Positions 1 to 10,105 of a stretch of 64,000 nucleotides of DNA are shown here, one piece after another. The stretch comes from an uncultured Alphaproteobacteria bacterium (GTDB lineage: Bacteria; Pseudomonadota; Alphaproteobacteria; Methylaequorales; Methylaequoraceae), in NCBI GenBank assembly GCA_902537615.1, contig CACBBU010000002.1, positions 75,334 through 139,333 on the forward strand, written 5' to 3'. Within the stretch, counting starts at the first letter, position 1, and each line of letters starts with the position of its first letter. The translations under genes were made by a program, and so were the position numbers. The notes under the pieces are model-generated. The model saw only the letters and a list, made by a program, of their open reading frames with translations. It was not told the origin of the DNA and ran no database searches.

Positions 1-1
1 T

Positions 2-1372
2 GATAACATAACAACTGGAAAAGTTTATTCTGAAGTTTTAAGAAAAGAGAGAAAAGGTGATTATTTAGGTTCAACTGTCCAAGTTATTCCTCATGTTACC
101 GACGAAATAAAAAAATTTATTAAAAAAGATCTTAAGAATGAAGATTTTGTTATTTGCGAAATTGGAGGAACGGTTGGAGATATTGAAAGCCTTCCTTTTT
201 TAGAAGCTCTAAGGCAGTTAAGAAATGAGATAGGTAAAGAGAAATCATTATTCATTCATATTACTCTTGTTCCCTTTATTTCATCTGCTAATGAATTTAA
301 AACAAAGCCTACTCAACACTCTGTTAAAGAACTACTAGGGCTTGGTATCCAACCAGATTTGTTAATATGTAGAACAGAAAATAAGTTTTCAAAAGATTCT
401 AAAAAAAAAATATCTCTATTTTGTAATTTGTCCCTTGATTCAGTACTTATGCTTGAAAATGCTAAAACTATCTATGAAGTTCCTTTAAAGCTTCATAATG
501 AAGGACTTTTAAGAAAATTAAATTCCCATTTTTCATTAAAAAATAAAAAAGTAAACTTAGATTTTTGGAATAATTTTCATAAAAAGTTTATACGCTTAGA
601 AAAAGAAATTAATGTAGCTATTGTTGGAAAGTATATCAATTTATCAGAATCCTATAAGTCATTGAATGAAGCATTATTTCATAGTGGTATATTTAATAAT
701 ACTAAAGTTAATATTTCTTGGATAGATTCCAGAAAAATTCAAGACTTTAACAAAACACAGAAAATTCTTAAAAATTTTCAAGGAATTTTAGTACCCGGTG
801 GATTTGGAAAAGAAGGATCATCAGGAAAAATAAATGCAATAAAATTTGCTAAAACATCTAATGTCCCTTTTTTAGGAATATGTTTTGGGATGCAGCTGGC
901 TATTATTGAGTCATTAAGAAACTTAAAGGGCTATGAAAAGTCTTCTTCAACTGAATTTGGTAAAACTGATTTTCCAGTGATCTCTATGATGAATGAATGG
1001 GAAAAAGGAAATAAGTTACACAAACAGGATTTAGATAATCTTGGTGGTAGTATGAGATTAGGTTCTTATGAATCAATTTTAAAAAAAGATACATTAGTGT
1101 TCAAAATATATAAAAAAACAAAAATTTATGAACGACATAGACATAGATATGAAGTAAATTACAATTATTTAAAACCTATTATTAATAGTGGTATAACACT
1201 GAGTGGCATGTCACCTAATAAAAAGCTTGTTGAAATAATTGAAAGAAATAATCACCCTTGGTTTGTTGGTGTGCAATTTCATCCTGAATTAAAATCAACA
1301 CCTTTTAAGCCGCACCCTATTTTTAATTCATTTATTTCGGCAGTATTAAAATTTAAAAATCAGAGTAATTAG
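2..1372 (+). CDS. pyrG: CTP synthase (5'-partial; frame open from window start)
   Basis: Frame 2 reads DNITTGKVY...GDYLGSTVQVIPHVTDEIK upstream of the ORF-track start. GATase motifs VPGGFG, GICFGMQ, ERHRHRYE and QFHPE are present. Confidence 0.97.
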   Translation, partial: DNITTGKVYSEVLRKERKGDYLGSTVQVIPHVTDEIKKFIKKDLKNEDFVICEIGGTVGDIESLPFLEALRQLRNEIGKEKSLFIHITLVPFISSANEFKTKPTQHSVKELLGLGIQPDLLICRTENKFSKDSKKKISLFCNLSLDSVLMLENAKTIYEVPLKLHNEGLLRKLNSHFSLKNKKVNLDFWNNFHKKFIRLEKEINVAIVGKYINLSESYKSLNEALFHSGIFNNTKVNISWIDSRKIQDFNKTQKILKNFQGILVPGGFGKEGSSGKINAIKFAKTSNVPFLGICFGMQLAIIESLRNLKGYEKSSSTEFGKTDFPVISMMNEWEKGNKLHKQDLDNLGGSMRLGSYESILKKDTLVFKIYKKTKIYERHRHRYEVNYNYLKPIINSGITLSGMSPNKKLVEIIERNNHPWFVGVQFHPELKSTPFKPHPIFNSFISAVLKFKNQSN

Positions 1373-1373
1373 A

Positions 1374-2204
1374 ATGAAAAAGGTAAAAATAAAAAAAGAT
1401 TTTTTTTTTTCTAATTCAGAAGAAATTAAATTCATCCTTGGCCCTTGTCAAATTGAAAGTAGATCACATGCATTAGATATTTGTTCTGAAATAGATATAT
1501 TATCAAAAAAATTGAACTTCAAATATATCTATAAAAGTTCTTTTGATAAAGCTAATAGAACTAGTCATGAGAGCAAAAGGGGAGTTGGACTTAAGAAAGG
1601 ATTAGATATTTTAGCCGAAGTTGGGGAAAAGTTTAACTGCCCAGTAACAACTGATGTTCATGACGCCCGACAAATTGAAACAGTAAAGAAGTATATTGAT
1701 ATTATACAAATTCCTGCATTTCTCTGTAGACAAACAGACTTACTAATTGAGGCTGGTAAATCAAATCTGCCCGTCAATGTAAAAAAAGGACAATTTCTTT
1801 CACCTTGGGATATGGAAAATGTTGTTAAAAAATTACTTTCCACTGGAAATAACAAAGTTTTACTTACTGAAAGAGGTACTTCATTTGGATACAATAATCT
1901 AGTCTCTGATATGAGATCTTTGGTAATAATGAAAAAAACTAAATTTCCAATCATTTTTGACGCTACACATTCAGTTCAATTACCTGGTGGTAAAGGTAAT
2001 TCTTCTGACGGTCAATCAAAATTTGTAAGTGTTTTAGCTAAGGCAGCAGTGACTACTGCAATATCTGGGATTTTTATGGAGACTCATGATCATCCATCAA
2101 AGGCACCCTCTGATGGACCAAATATGGTTCCATTAAAAAAATTAGGAAAACTTATACATTCAATTAAACTTTATGATAATTTATCTAAAAACGAATTAAT
2201 TTGA
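1374..2204 (+). CDS. kdsA: KDO-8-phosphate synthase
   Basis: KSSFDKANRTS, QIPAFLCRQTDL, KKGQF, ERG, DATH motifs; pyrG-kdsA-eno order. Confidence 0.96.
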   Translation: MKKVKIKKDFFFSNSEEIKFILGPCQIESRSHALDICSEIDILSKKLNFKYIYKSSFDKANRTSHESKRGVGLKKGLDILAEVGEKFNCPVTTDVHDARQIETVKKYIDIIQIPAFLCRQTDLLIEAGKSNLPVNVKKGQFLSPWDMENVVKKLLSTGNNKVLLTERGTSFGYNNLVSDMRSLVIMKKTKFPIIFDATHSVQLPGGKGNSSDGQSKFVSVLAKAAVTTAISGIFMETHDHPSKAPSDGPNMVPLKKLGKLIHSIKLYDNLSKNELI

Positions 2205-2206
2205 TT

Positions 2207-3499
2207 ATGTCAGTTATTACCAATGTTTTTGGAAGAGAAATTATTGATAGTAGGGGAGTCCCAACAGTAGAGGTTGAGATTACACTAAATAATTCAATAG
2301 TAGAACTAGCATCAGTTCCATCAGGTGCTTCCACTGGGTCATTTGAGGCTCATGAGTTAAGAGACAAAGATAAGAAAAGGTTTTTTTCAAAAGGTGTCCT
2401 TAATTCAGTTAATTTTATTAATACTGAAATAAGGGAAACTATAAAAGGCATTGATGTGAGAGAACAAAAAACTATTGATGACATATTAATTGAACTAGAT
2501 GGCACAAAAAATAAATCAAGACTAGGAGCAAATTCTATTCTTGCAGTGTCAATGGCTTCTGCACGCGCTGCAGCTAAATTTCATAATGTTCCATTGTTTA
2601 GTTACATTGGGGGTATAAATAATAGCTTGCCCACACCAATGATGAATATAGTTAATGGTGGTTGTCATGCTAATAATAACTTAGACTTTCAAGAATTTAT
2701 GATAGTTCCATGTGGCTTTGATACATTTAAGGAAGCTTTAAGAGCTGGGTGCGAAATTTTTAATTCCTTAAAAAAATTACTTTCAAAAGATAACTATTCA
2801 GTTTCTGTTGGTGATGAGGGTGGATTTGCTCCAGATTTTAAGTCTAATAAAGAATGTTTAAATTACATATTAGATGCAATAGAAATTTCAAATTATAAGC
2901 CAGGTGAAGATATTTTTATCGCTCTAGATATAGCTTCCTCTGAATTTTTTGAAAACAAAAAATATAATCTGAAAGGAGAATCTAAACTATTTACTTCTTC
3001 TCAACTAATTGATTATTATCAGGAACTGCTTAATAAATATCCAATAATATCAATTGAAGACGGATTACACGAGGACGATTGGAGTGGCTGGTGTGAATTA
3101 TCTAAGAAAATTGGAAATAAATGTCAATTGGTTGGTGATGATCTTTTTGTAACGTCTGTTGAAAGGTTAAGTAAAGGAATAAAAAACTCATGTGCCAATT
3201 CAATTTTAATAAAATTAAATCAAATTGGAACACTTTCTGAAACAATAAATACAATTAACCTGGCAAAAAAAAACAATTTTTCAACCATAATTTCACATCG
3301 TTCAGGTGAAACTGAAGATACTTTTATTTCAGATCTATCTGTTGGAATAGACTCTGGTCAAATTAAAACTGGTTCACTTTCAAGATCAGAAAGAGTAGCA
3401 AAATACAATCAACTTATAAGAATTGAGGATAGAAATAGATCAATAAAATTCTCAGGAAAAGAACCAATCAAAAAATTTTTACATGATTCAAAAAAGTAA
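2207..3499 (+). CDS. eno: Enolase
   Basis: SGASTG, NGGxHA, GDEGGFAP, ILIKLNQIGTLSET, SHRSGETED motifs; ATG at 2207 preferred over TTG at 2201. Confidence 0.97.
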   Translation: MSVITNVFGREIIDSRGVPTVEVEITLNNSIVELASVPSGASTGSFEAHELRDKDKKRFFSKGVLNSVNFINTEIRETIKGIDVREQKTIDDILIELDGTKNKSRLGANSILAVSMASARAAAKFHNVPLFSYIGGINNSLPTPMMNIVNGGCHANNNLDFQEFMIVPCGFDTFKEALRAGCEIFNSLKKLLSKDNYSVSVGDEGGFAPDFKSNKECLNYILDAIEISNYKPGEDIFIALDIASSEFFENKKYNLKGESKLFTSSQLIDYYQELLNKYPIISIEDGLHEDDWSGWCELSKKIGNKCQLVGDDLFVTSVERLSKGIKNSCANSILIKLNQIGTLSETINTINLAKKNNFSTIISHRSGETEDTFISDLSVGIDSGQIKTGSLSRSERVAKYNQLIRIEDRNRSIKFSGKEPIKKFLHDSKK

Positions 3500-3770
3500 A
3501 AACAATAAAACGTTTATTTTTCTATCAATAATCTCCTTAATTCTTTTTTTTTTTTTTAATAGAAAAAATATGTTTACAATTTTTGACAATATTCAAATTA
3601 TAAAAAGTATGAATTACTCGCTTTCAATAAACAAAAAAAAAAAAGATAGTCTATTAGACACAATAAATGATTTTGAGAATAAAAAAGAGTTTAGGGAGCT
3701 TATAATTAAAGAAAAGTTATTTTTTAAAGACAAATCGGAAAAAGTAATTTTTTATGATTTAGATGATTAA
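3483..3770 (+). CDS. ftsB: Probable septum formation initiator (FtsB/DivIC-like), highly diverged
   Basis: Small bitopic protein (N-terminal TM, coiled coil, C-terminal KEKLFFK..EKVIF) directly after eno, the conserved ftsB position; sequence similarity weak. Confidence 0.5.
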   Translation: MIQKSKNNKTFIFLSIISLILFFFFNRKNMFTIFDNIQIIKSMNYSLSINKKKKDSLLDTINDFENKKEFRELIIKEKLFFKDKSEKVIFYDLDD

Positions 3771-4244
3771 GTTTCCTTGTTCAAACATTGCTTCTACAGT
3801 TAAATCAATAATCTCATCTCTGTTTTTTTGAAAAAAAGTTTTTTTAATAACATTAGTTTTTCTTTTGTAATTAACTGCTATAAAAACAATTCCTTGTTGA
3901 TTTTTATTTGTATCAATTGTTTTTGATGCAAAACCAGTGCAAGCTATTGATATTTTATTTTTGAAGCTAGACTTATAACTTATTTTTTTCGCCATTTGAA
4001 CTGCAACTTCAGAACTTACAACACCATGTATTTTAATAACCTCCTCAATTCCTAAGAATTTATATTTAGATTCGTTACTGTAAGTTATTATTGAATAATC
4101 TAAATACTTTGATGCTCCTTCAATTTTCACTAATTCAGATGTAAACTTTCCCCCAGTTATTGATTCAGCGACATAAAGCTTTAAACGTTTTGTTTTTAAA
4201 TTTTCAATGAATTTAATTTTTTTTTTGTTATAAAACATAAACAA
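3759..4244 (-). CDS. cinA: CinA C-terminal domain protein (PncC/NMN deamidase family)
   Basis: VAESITGG, YSNESK, HGVVSxEVAxxMA, TGFA motifs; ispDF-pgpA-cinA order. Confidence 0.85.
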   Translation of the reverse strand: MFMFYNKKKIKFIENLKTKRLKLYVAESITGGKFTSELVKIEGASKYLDYSIITYSNESKYKFLGIEEVIKIHGVVSSEVAVQMAKKISYKSSFKNKISIACTGFASKTIDTNKNQQGIVFIAVNYKRKTNVIKKTFFQKNRDEIIDLTVEAMFEQGNLII

Positions 4245-4677
4245 TTATTATACAAACAAATACACCTGCTAAAACATCATCTAAAATTACTCCAAAGGCA
4301 TTTTTTACATGTTTATCAACTAAATTGATAGGGAAGGGTTTTATGATATCAAAGAATCTGAAAAGTCCAAAAGAAAGTAAGTAATCATAAATATGCTGAT
4401 CACAAAAAATTAATGATATTGATTGCCCAATATGTTCATCTGAAACGATGTATTTTGGGTCTTTATCTGTAATGTTTTTTATGCATATCTTAATTAAAAA
4501 ATAAGATATTATTAAATAAAAAAATAGTGTTGTTAAAAAAAAATTTATTGAAAAAAAATCTCTAAGAAACCAAACAACTGGTAATGTGATAAGTGATGCA
4601 AGAGAACCAGGAAAAAATTTTGAATTCCCAACACCAAAACTTGACGAAAATTGATAGGATATTTTTTTAATGTTCAT
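4228..4677 (-). CDS. pgpA: Phosphatidylglycerophosphatase A
   Basis: PGSLAS, VSDEHIGQ, FRFFDIIKPFPI, GVILDDVLAG. Confidence 0.92.
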   Translation of the reverse strand: MNIKKISYQFSSSFGVGNSKFFPGSLASLITLPVVWFLRDFFSINFFLTTLFFYLIISYFLIKICIKNITDKDPKYIVSDEHIGQSISLIFCDQHIYDYLLSFGLFRFFDIIKPFPINLVDKHVKNAFGVILDDVLAGVFVCIIIVYVL

Positions 4678-5824
4678 TTATTTTTAAAACTGAAACTGAT
4701 ACCTGACATGCTATTCCTTCTTCCCTTCCTAAAAAACCTAATTTTTCAGTCGTAGTCCCTTTAATGTTTAAATTGTCTTTTTTTATTTCTAAAATTTTAG
4801 CTATTTTTTCTTTCATTTTTTGCTTATATTTTGAAATCTTTGGTCTTTCGCAAATCACAGTAATATCCACGTTATTGAGAATAAAACCATTTTTTTCCAT
4901 TAAATTTTTAGTGTATTTTAAAAAAAATTCTGAGTTTTTATTTTTCCATTTTTTTTCTGATGGTGGAAAATGTTCACCTATATCACCTTCTGATATTGCC
5001 CCAAGAATTGCATCAACTAAAGCGTGAATACCAACATCAGCATCAGAATGTCCAATTAGACTTTTATTAAAGGGTAATTCAACTCCAAGAAGTTTTAGAT
5101 TTCCACCATCCTTCAACCCGTGAACATCAAAACCATTACCAATTCTCAGGTCTAAGTTTTTGCTTTTTTCCATGTAAATTTTTTTTAATTCTTCAAATCC
5201 TTTTTTTTCTGTTACTTTAATATTCATTAATTCACCCGCAATAGTTTTAATTTTATTTCCATTTTTATAGAAAAGTAAAGAGTCATCAGTGTAAATTTTA
5301 TTTTTAAACTTTTTATGCGCATCATAAATTTTTTTAAAATCAAAAGCTTGAGGAGTTTGAACAAGTTTTATATTTTCTCTATTAAAGTTTTTATATACTT
5401 TTTTTTCTAATAATCTTACCGAGTCAAAGATTTTTAAGGTTGGGATTACGGATTCATTTTTTTTTAATTTTTTAAAAATTTCATATAGTAGGTCTTTTGA
5501 AAAGAACGGCCTTACTGCATCGTGAATCAGCACCTTACTTGGAGAATATTTTTCAATTGATTTTAATCCATTAAAGACTGATTCTTGTCTGCTTCCTCCA
5601 CCTTTAATAAAGGAAAGTTTATATTTATTCAGAATTTTTTTTGATTCAACAACAAAATCCTTATTACAGACAACTACAACTTTATAAAATAAATTTGATT
5701 CTACAAATTTTTCAACACATTGTTCTAATATTGATTTTTCATTAATTTTAAAAAATTGTTTTGGAAGTCTTTTATCAAATCTTTTTCCTTCACCACCGCT
5801 CACAATTAATGCTATAACTTTCAT
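4667..5824 (-). CDS. ispDF: Bifunctional IspD/IspF (MEP pathway)
   Basis: GGEGKRF, HDAVRP, VQTPQAF (IspD); GNGFDVH, GHSDADV, KGTTTEKLGF (IspF). Confidence 0.95.
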   Translation of the reverse strand: MKVIALIVSGGEGKRFDKRLPKQFFKINEKSILEQCVEKFVESNLFYKVVVVCNKDFVVESKKILNKYKLSFIKGGGSRQESVFNGLKSIEKYSPSKVLIHDAVRPFFSKDLLYEIFKKLKKNESVIPTLKIFDSVRLLEKKVYKNFNRENIKLVQTPQAFDFKKIYDAHKKFKNKIYTDDSLLFYKNGNKIKTIAGELMNIKVTEKKGFEELKKIYMEKSKNLDLRIGNGFDVHGLKDGGNLKLLGVELPFNKSLIGHSDADVGIHALVDAILGAISEGDIGEHFPPSEKKWKNKNSEFFLKYTKNLMEKNGFILNNVDITVICERPKISKYKQKMKEKIAKILEIKKDNLNIKGTTTEKLGFLGREEGIACQVSVSVLKINEH

Positions 5825-5842
5825 TTTAAGGCCTTAAGGAAT

Positions 5843-6649
5843 ATGAATTTATTTTTTTATATCGAGTTTTTATCATTAATAAGTTTCTTAGTTTTTTTAA
5901 TCACAAACTTTATTGAAATTGAGAGTAACAACAAAATTAATAAAATAATATACTTATCTAATCTTCTTTTTATTAGTTTTATAAATGTAATATACTATAA
6001 TTTTATTATTTTAAACCCTGTTTCTGTTTTAAGTTTAGTAACGACTTTATTGCTTATTGTTTTTTTTCTTTCTCATTTTTTTATATCAATTTTCTCATCT
6101 GAGTACCTAAGATTAAGGTTACTATTTCTCCCTTTTTTTTTAATTTTGTTAATCTTTAGGTTTTTAATTTCTCTTAGCTCGGATAACCAAGAAATTAATT
6201 ACCCTTTATTTGATAATACTTATCTTCTAATTCACATATTCAGCTCATTGTTTTCATATTCAATGTTAACAATTAGTGCGATAAGCTCTGTTTGCGTTTT
6301 CTTAAAAAGTAAAATTCTCAAACAAGTAAGGTTTAACAATATATTATTGAATTTGTTACCATCAATTTATGAAAGCGAGACAATTTCTATAAGATTTTTA
6401 TTTTTAACAATGTTTTTTTTGACCTTATCTTTATTAAGTGGTTTCTATTATCATTTTCTTGAGTACAATAATTTTGATTATTTTTTTAATAATAAAGTTG
6501 TCTTGAGCATCATTAGTTTAGTGCTAATTGTTTTTTTTTTTATATATAAGAAAATAAGAGGTATTTCTAATACAGCTACCTTCAAGTTAATTTTATTATC
6601 ATATATATTTATAAATCTAGCATATTTTGGTATTAAGATTACAGGTTAA
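5843..6649 (+). CDS. Cytochrome c assembly family inner-membrane protein (CcsA/YpjD-like)
   Basis: About 8 TM segments; HIFSSLFSYSML, LPSIYESE, TLSLLSG and NKVVLS match the YpjD/CcsA pattern. Confidence 0.65.
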   Translation: MNLFFYIEFLSLISFLVFLITNFIEIESNNKINKIIYLSNLLFISFINVIYYNFIILNPVSVLSLVTTLLLIVFFLSHFFISIFSSEYLRLRLLFLPFFLILLIFRFLISLSSDNQEINYPLFDNTYLLIHIFSSLFSYSMLTISAISSVCVFLKSKILKQVRFNNILLNLLPSIYESETISIRFLFLTMFFLTLSLLSGFYYHFLEYNNFDYFFNNKVVLSIISLVLIVFFFIYKKIRGISNTATFKLILLSYIFINLAYFGIKITG

Positions 6650-6652
6650 TTT

Positions 6653-7600
6653 ATGTTTATAGGTAAATTAAAATTAAAAAGTTCAGTTTTCTTGGCTCCG
6701 ATGTCAGGTGTGTCTGATTATCCATACAGGGAAATAGTAAAAAAATTTAAACCAGGTTTAGTTTTTTCAGAAATGATAGCTAGTAGAGCTTTAATTGAAA
6801 AAAACCGTAAAACTTTGAAAATGATTAAGAAAGACTCAAATGATCTTTACGCAATTCAAATTGCAGGATGTGATCCAAAAGTCATGGGCGAGGCAGCAAA
6901 AATGTGTGAAAATTTTGGGGCCGATATCATAGACATAAATATGGGTTGTCCAGTTAAAAAAGTTGTAAATGGTTATGCAGGTTCAGCTCTTATGAAGGAT
7001 GAGCTTTTAGCTTTATCAATAATTGAGTCTGTCGTAAATGCTGTTGATATCCCAGTAACATTGAAAATGAGAAAAGGATGGGATGAGAAAAATTTAAATG
7101 CACCTAAACTTGCAAAAATGGCTGAAAGAGCAGGAATTAAATTGATTACTATTCATGGAAGAACTAGATGTCAAATGTTTAAAGGAAAATCAGATTGGGA
7201 ATTCATTAAAAAAGTAAAAAAAGCAGTTAAAATTCCTGTTATTGTGAACGGTGATATTACAAGTATATCCGAGCTAAAAACAGCTCAAAGCTTGTCTTGT
7301 GCAGATGGAGTAATGATTGGTCGGGGATCTTATGGAAGACCATGGATATTTAAAGAAATGTCGGAAAATTTTACAAAAAATAAGAATTTTAAAATTTTAA
7401 GTTCTTTTAAAAAAGATATAATTTTAGAGCATTTCTCAAATTCTTTGAATCATTATGGAGAAGAGATTGGAATTAAATCATTCCGAAAACATTTAGGTTG
7501 GTACTCTAAATCCCTAGAAAATTCAAATGAGTTTAGGTGCAGAATTAACAATTCTATAGATAGGTCTCAAATTAAATCCTTAATTAAAGACTTTTTTTAA
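6653..7600 (+). CDS. dusB: tRNA-dihydrouridine synthase B (NifR3)
   Basis: LAPMSG, IDINMGCP, GSALM, IHGRTR, GVMIGRG; upstream of ntrBC. Confidence 0.95.
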   Translation: MFIGKLKLKSSVFLAPMSGVSDYPYREIVKKFKPGLVFSEMIASRALIEKNRKTLKMIKKDSNDLYAIQIAGCDPKVMGEAAKMCENFGADIIDINMGCPVKKVVNGYAGSALMKDELLALSIIESVVNAVDIPVTLKMRKGWDEKNLNAPKLAKMAERAGIKLITIHGRTRCQMFKGKSDWEFIKKVKKAVKIPVIVNGDITSISELKTAQSLSCADGVMIGRGSYGRPWIFKEMSENFTKNKNFKILSSFKKDIILEHFSNSLNHYGEEIGIKSFRKHLGWYSKSLENSNEFRCRINNSIDRSQIKSLIKDFF

Positions 7601-7605
7601 TCACT

Positions 7606-8658
7606 ATGAAAAGTGAAAACGAGTATGGCTACTTCAGAGATTTTTTTGACTTAATGCCTGATCCTCTAGCGGTAATTAATAAAAAAAATTTTAAAACTCA
7701 CTATGTCAACCAAGAGTTTCAATATTTTTTAAAAAAAAGTTTCTCACAAATAAAAAACTCTAATTTAAATGAGTTGTTTAACGATGATTTATTTTTTCTA
7801 AGTAATTTGAATGAAATTTCAAAAAAAATAGGTGTTTTTTTAATTAGGGAAGCAATTTTAAAAGATAATTTAAAATTTTCAGTAGTTTGCATAGTAACAG
7901 AAAGAAAAGATGAAAATATGCTACTTATTTTCAAAAAGGAAAACGAAACACTTAATAATGAAATATCTGATGATAATGGTGCATACGAACATTTCTTTTC
8001 AATTTTTGTACATGAAATTACAAATCCACTAAGCTCTATAAAAATGGCTTCACAACTTATTGAAAAATCAAAAACATATGACTCAGAATTATTAGGGATA
8101 ATTAACAATGAATCTAATAGAATAAGTAAGATAATTAATTCAATTTCTCAAATATCTAGTAAACTTGTACTTAAAAATAAAAGCTCCGAAAATATACATG
8201 AGGTGTTGCGGTACAGTACATTTAAACTTAAAAATCAAATCAAAAAAATAAAAATATTTGAAGAATTTGATCCCTCATTACCAAAAATATCTATAGACAA
8301 AAGTTTGCTTATACAGGTCTTTGAAAATTTATTAAATAATGCCTATGAAGCATCAGAATTTTCTGAGAAATCATTTATAAAATTATCAACTAAATTTATT
8401 TATGGAGAAACCATAATAATACCTAACATTAAAGAGAATCAAAAAAAAAATTACTTATTGGTTAAAATTGAGGATAATGGTTTTGGAATTAAAAAAAATG
8501 AATTAAATAAAATTTTTTTACCTTTTTTTTCTACCAAAAAAAGGGGTTCAGGAATAGGTTTGTATTTGGTAAAAAGAATCATTAATCTACATAATGGAAG
8601 AATATCAGTTGATTGCACTGATAATCTAACATCATTTAGAATTAAATTACCTTTGTAG
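7606..8658 (+). CDS. ntrB: Nitrogen regulation sensor histidine kinase
   Basis: PAS-like N-terminus, H-box HEITNPL, N-box NLLNNA, DNGFG, FFSTKKRGSGIGL. Confidence 0.88.
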   Translation: MKSENEYGYFRDFFDLMPDPLAVINKKNFKTHYVNQEFQYFLKKSFSQIKNSNLNELFNDDLFFLSNLNEISKKIGVFLIREAILKDNLKFSVVCIVTERKDENMLLIFKKENETLNNEISDDNGAYEHFFSIFVHEITNPLSSIKMASQLIEKSKTYDSELLGIINNESNRISKIINSISQISSKLVLKNKSSENIHEVLRYSTFKLKNQIKKIKIFEEFDPSLPKISIDKSLLIQVFENLLNNAYEASEFSEKSFIKLSTKFIYGETIIIPNIKENQKKNYLLVKIEDNGFGIKKNELNKIFLPFFSTKKRGSGIGLYLVKRIINLHNGRISVDCTDNLTSFRIKLPL

Positions 8659-8666
8659 TTTATGAT

Positions 8667-10103
8667 ATGAGTAAAAATATTTTAATTATTGATGATGATT
8701 TTTCTTTAAGGAAAGTTATTGAAAAAGCATTGAAAAACTCAAAAACTAATATAAAAAGTGTTTCAACAATTTCTGAAGCATGGGTTGATATTGAGAAAAA
8801 TAAATTTGATTTAATAATTTGTGATGTGGTTTTACCAGATGGAGATGGCTTGGAACTTGTTAAAAAAGTAAAGTTTAAAGATAATTCTCAGTCTTTTATT
8901 ATAATTAGTGCTAAAAATAACCTTTTAACAGCAATTAAAGCTAATCAACTTGATGTAGTTGATTACTTGCCTAAACCTTTAGATTTAAATGATCTGACTA
9001 TTACTGTAGATAGATGTCTAAAAAATCAGATGATTAAAAACAGCGAATCAATAATTGATGAAAAACTTCCTATAATCGGTACCTCATCTGTAATGCAGAG
9101 TGTTTTTAAAAATATAGCAAAAATAACAAAAACAAATTATACAGTCCTGATTACTGGTGAATCAGGTTCTGGGAAGGAGCTAGTTGCAAAAGTTATACAT
9201 GATTATAGTCCTCGGTCACATTCACCATTTATACCTATTAATATGGCCACTTTACCAAAGAATTTAATTGAAAGTGAGCTTTTTGGATACGAGAGGGGTG
9301 CATTTACTGGTGCTGAAAAAAGAACCCTGGGTTTTTTTGAAAAAGCGAATGGAGGAACTCTTTTTTTGGATGAAATTGGTGACATGCCAATTGATGTTCA
9401 AGCTAGATTATTGAGGGTATTACAATTTGGAGAATTTTCACGACTAGGTGGTAGAGAGGTTATTAAAACTAATGTCAGAATAATTTCTGCCACTAATAAA
9501 AACTTACTTAATTCTATTGACCAAAATCTGTTTAGACAGGATCTGTATTACAGACTCAATGTAATAAATATTGATTTGCCTCCTCTTAGAGATAGGGAGA
9601 ACGATATAATAGATATAGCAAAAAATTTCTTATCAAATTTCTCAAACAATGAAAAATCTTTGGATAATAGTGCATTGGAATTCATGAAAAATTATAGTTG
9701 GCCGGGAAATATAAGAGAGCTTGAAAATTTATTTAAAAGAGTCTGTGCTTTATCAACAGAGAAAATAGTTACCAGTGAAATTCTGACAGAACTTTTAGAT
9801 AAACATGAAATGTCTATTACTGAAGATAATTATAAATTAGAAGATCTTAATGTTAAATCATATAAGTCACTAAATGTTTTTCTAGAAGAATTTTTAGAAA
9901 AATTATTTGATACTTTAGACAATGAAACAGAGATCCAATTGTTTGAAAAATTTATTTCAGAGATTGAAAAGCAATTAATTACAAAAACTCTCCAATACTG
10001 TTCAGGGAACCAAATCAAATCATCTAAACTGTTAGGTATTAATAGGAATACACTTAGATCTAAAGTTCAAAAATACAAGATATCCACCAAAGTTGTAAAG
10101 TAA
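8667..10103 (+). CDS. ntrC: Sigma-54-dependent response regulator
   Basis: Receiver domain, GESGSGKE, intact [20 protein letters not shown], Fis-type [12 protein letters not shown]. Confidence 0.93.
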   Translation: MSKNILIIDDDFSLRKVIEKALKNSKTNIKSVSTISEAWVDIEKNKFDLIICDVVLPDGDGLELVKKVKFKDNSQSFIIISAKNNLLTAIKANQLDVVDYLPKPLDLNDLTITVDRCLKNQMIKNSESIIDEKLPIIGTSSVMQSVFKNIAKITKTNYTVLITGESGSGKELVAKVIHDYSPRSHSPFIPINMATLPKNLIESELFGYERGAFTGAEKRTLGFFEKANGGTLFLDEIGDMPIDVQARLLRVLQFGEFSRLGGREVIKTNVRIISATNKNLLNSIDQNLFRQDLYYRLNVINIDLPPLRDRENDIIDIAKNFLSNFSNNEKSLDNSALEFMKNYSWPGNIRELENLFKRVCALSTEKIVTSEILTELLDKHEMSITEDNYKLEDLNVKSYKSLNVFLEEFLEKLFDTLDNETEIQLFEKFISEIEKQLITKTLQYCSGNQIKSSKLLGINRNTLRSKVQKYKISTKVVK

Positions 10104-10105
10104 CA

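Noticed and set aside
3544-3557. T14 tract and many A/T homopolymers as phase-variation switches
   Set aside because: Expected background in such AT-rich DNA; all frames remain intact.
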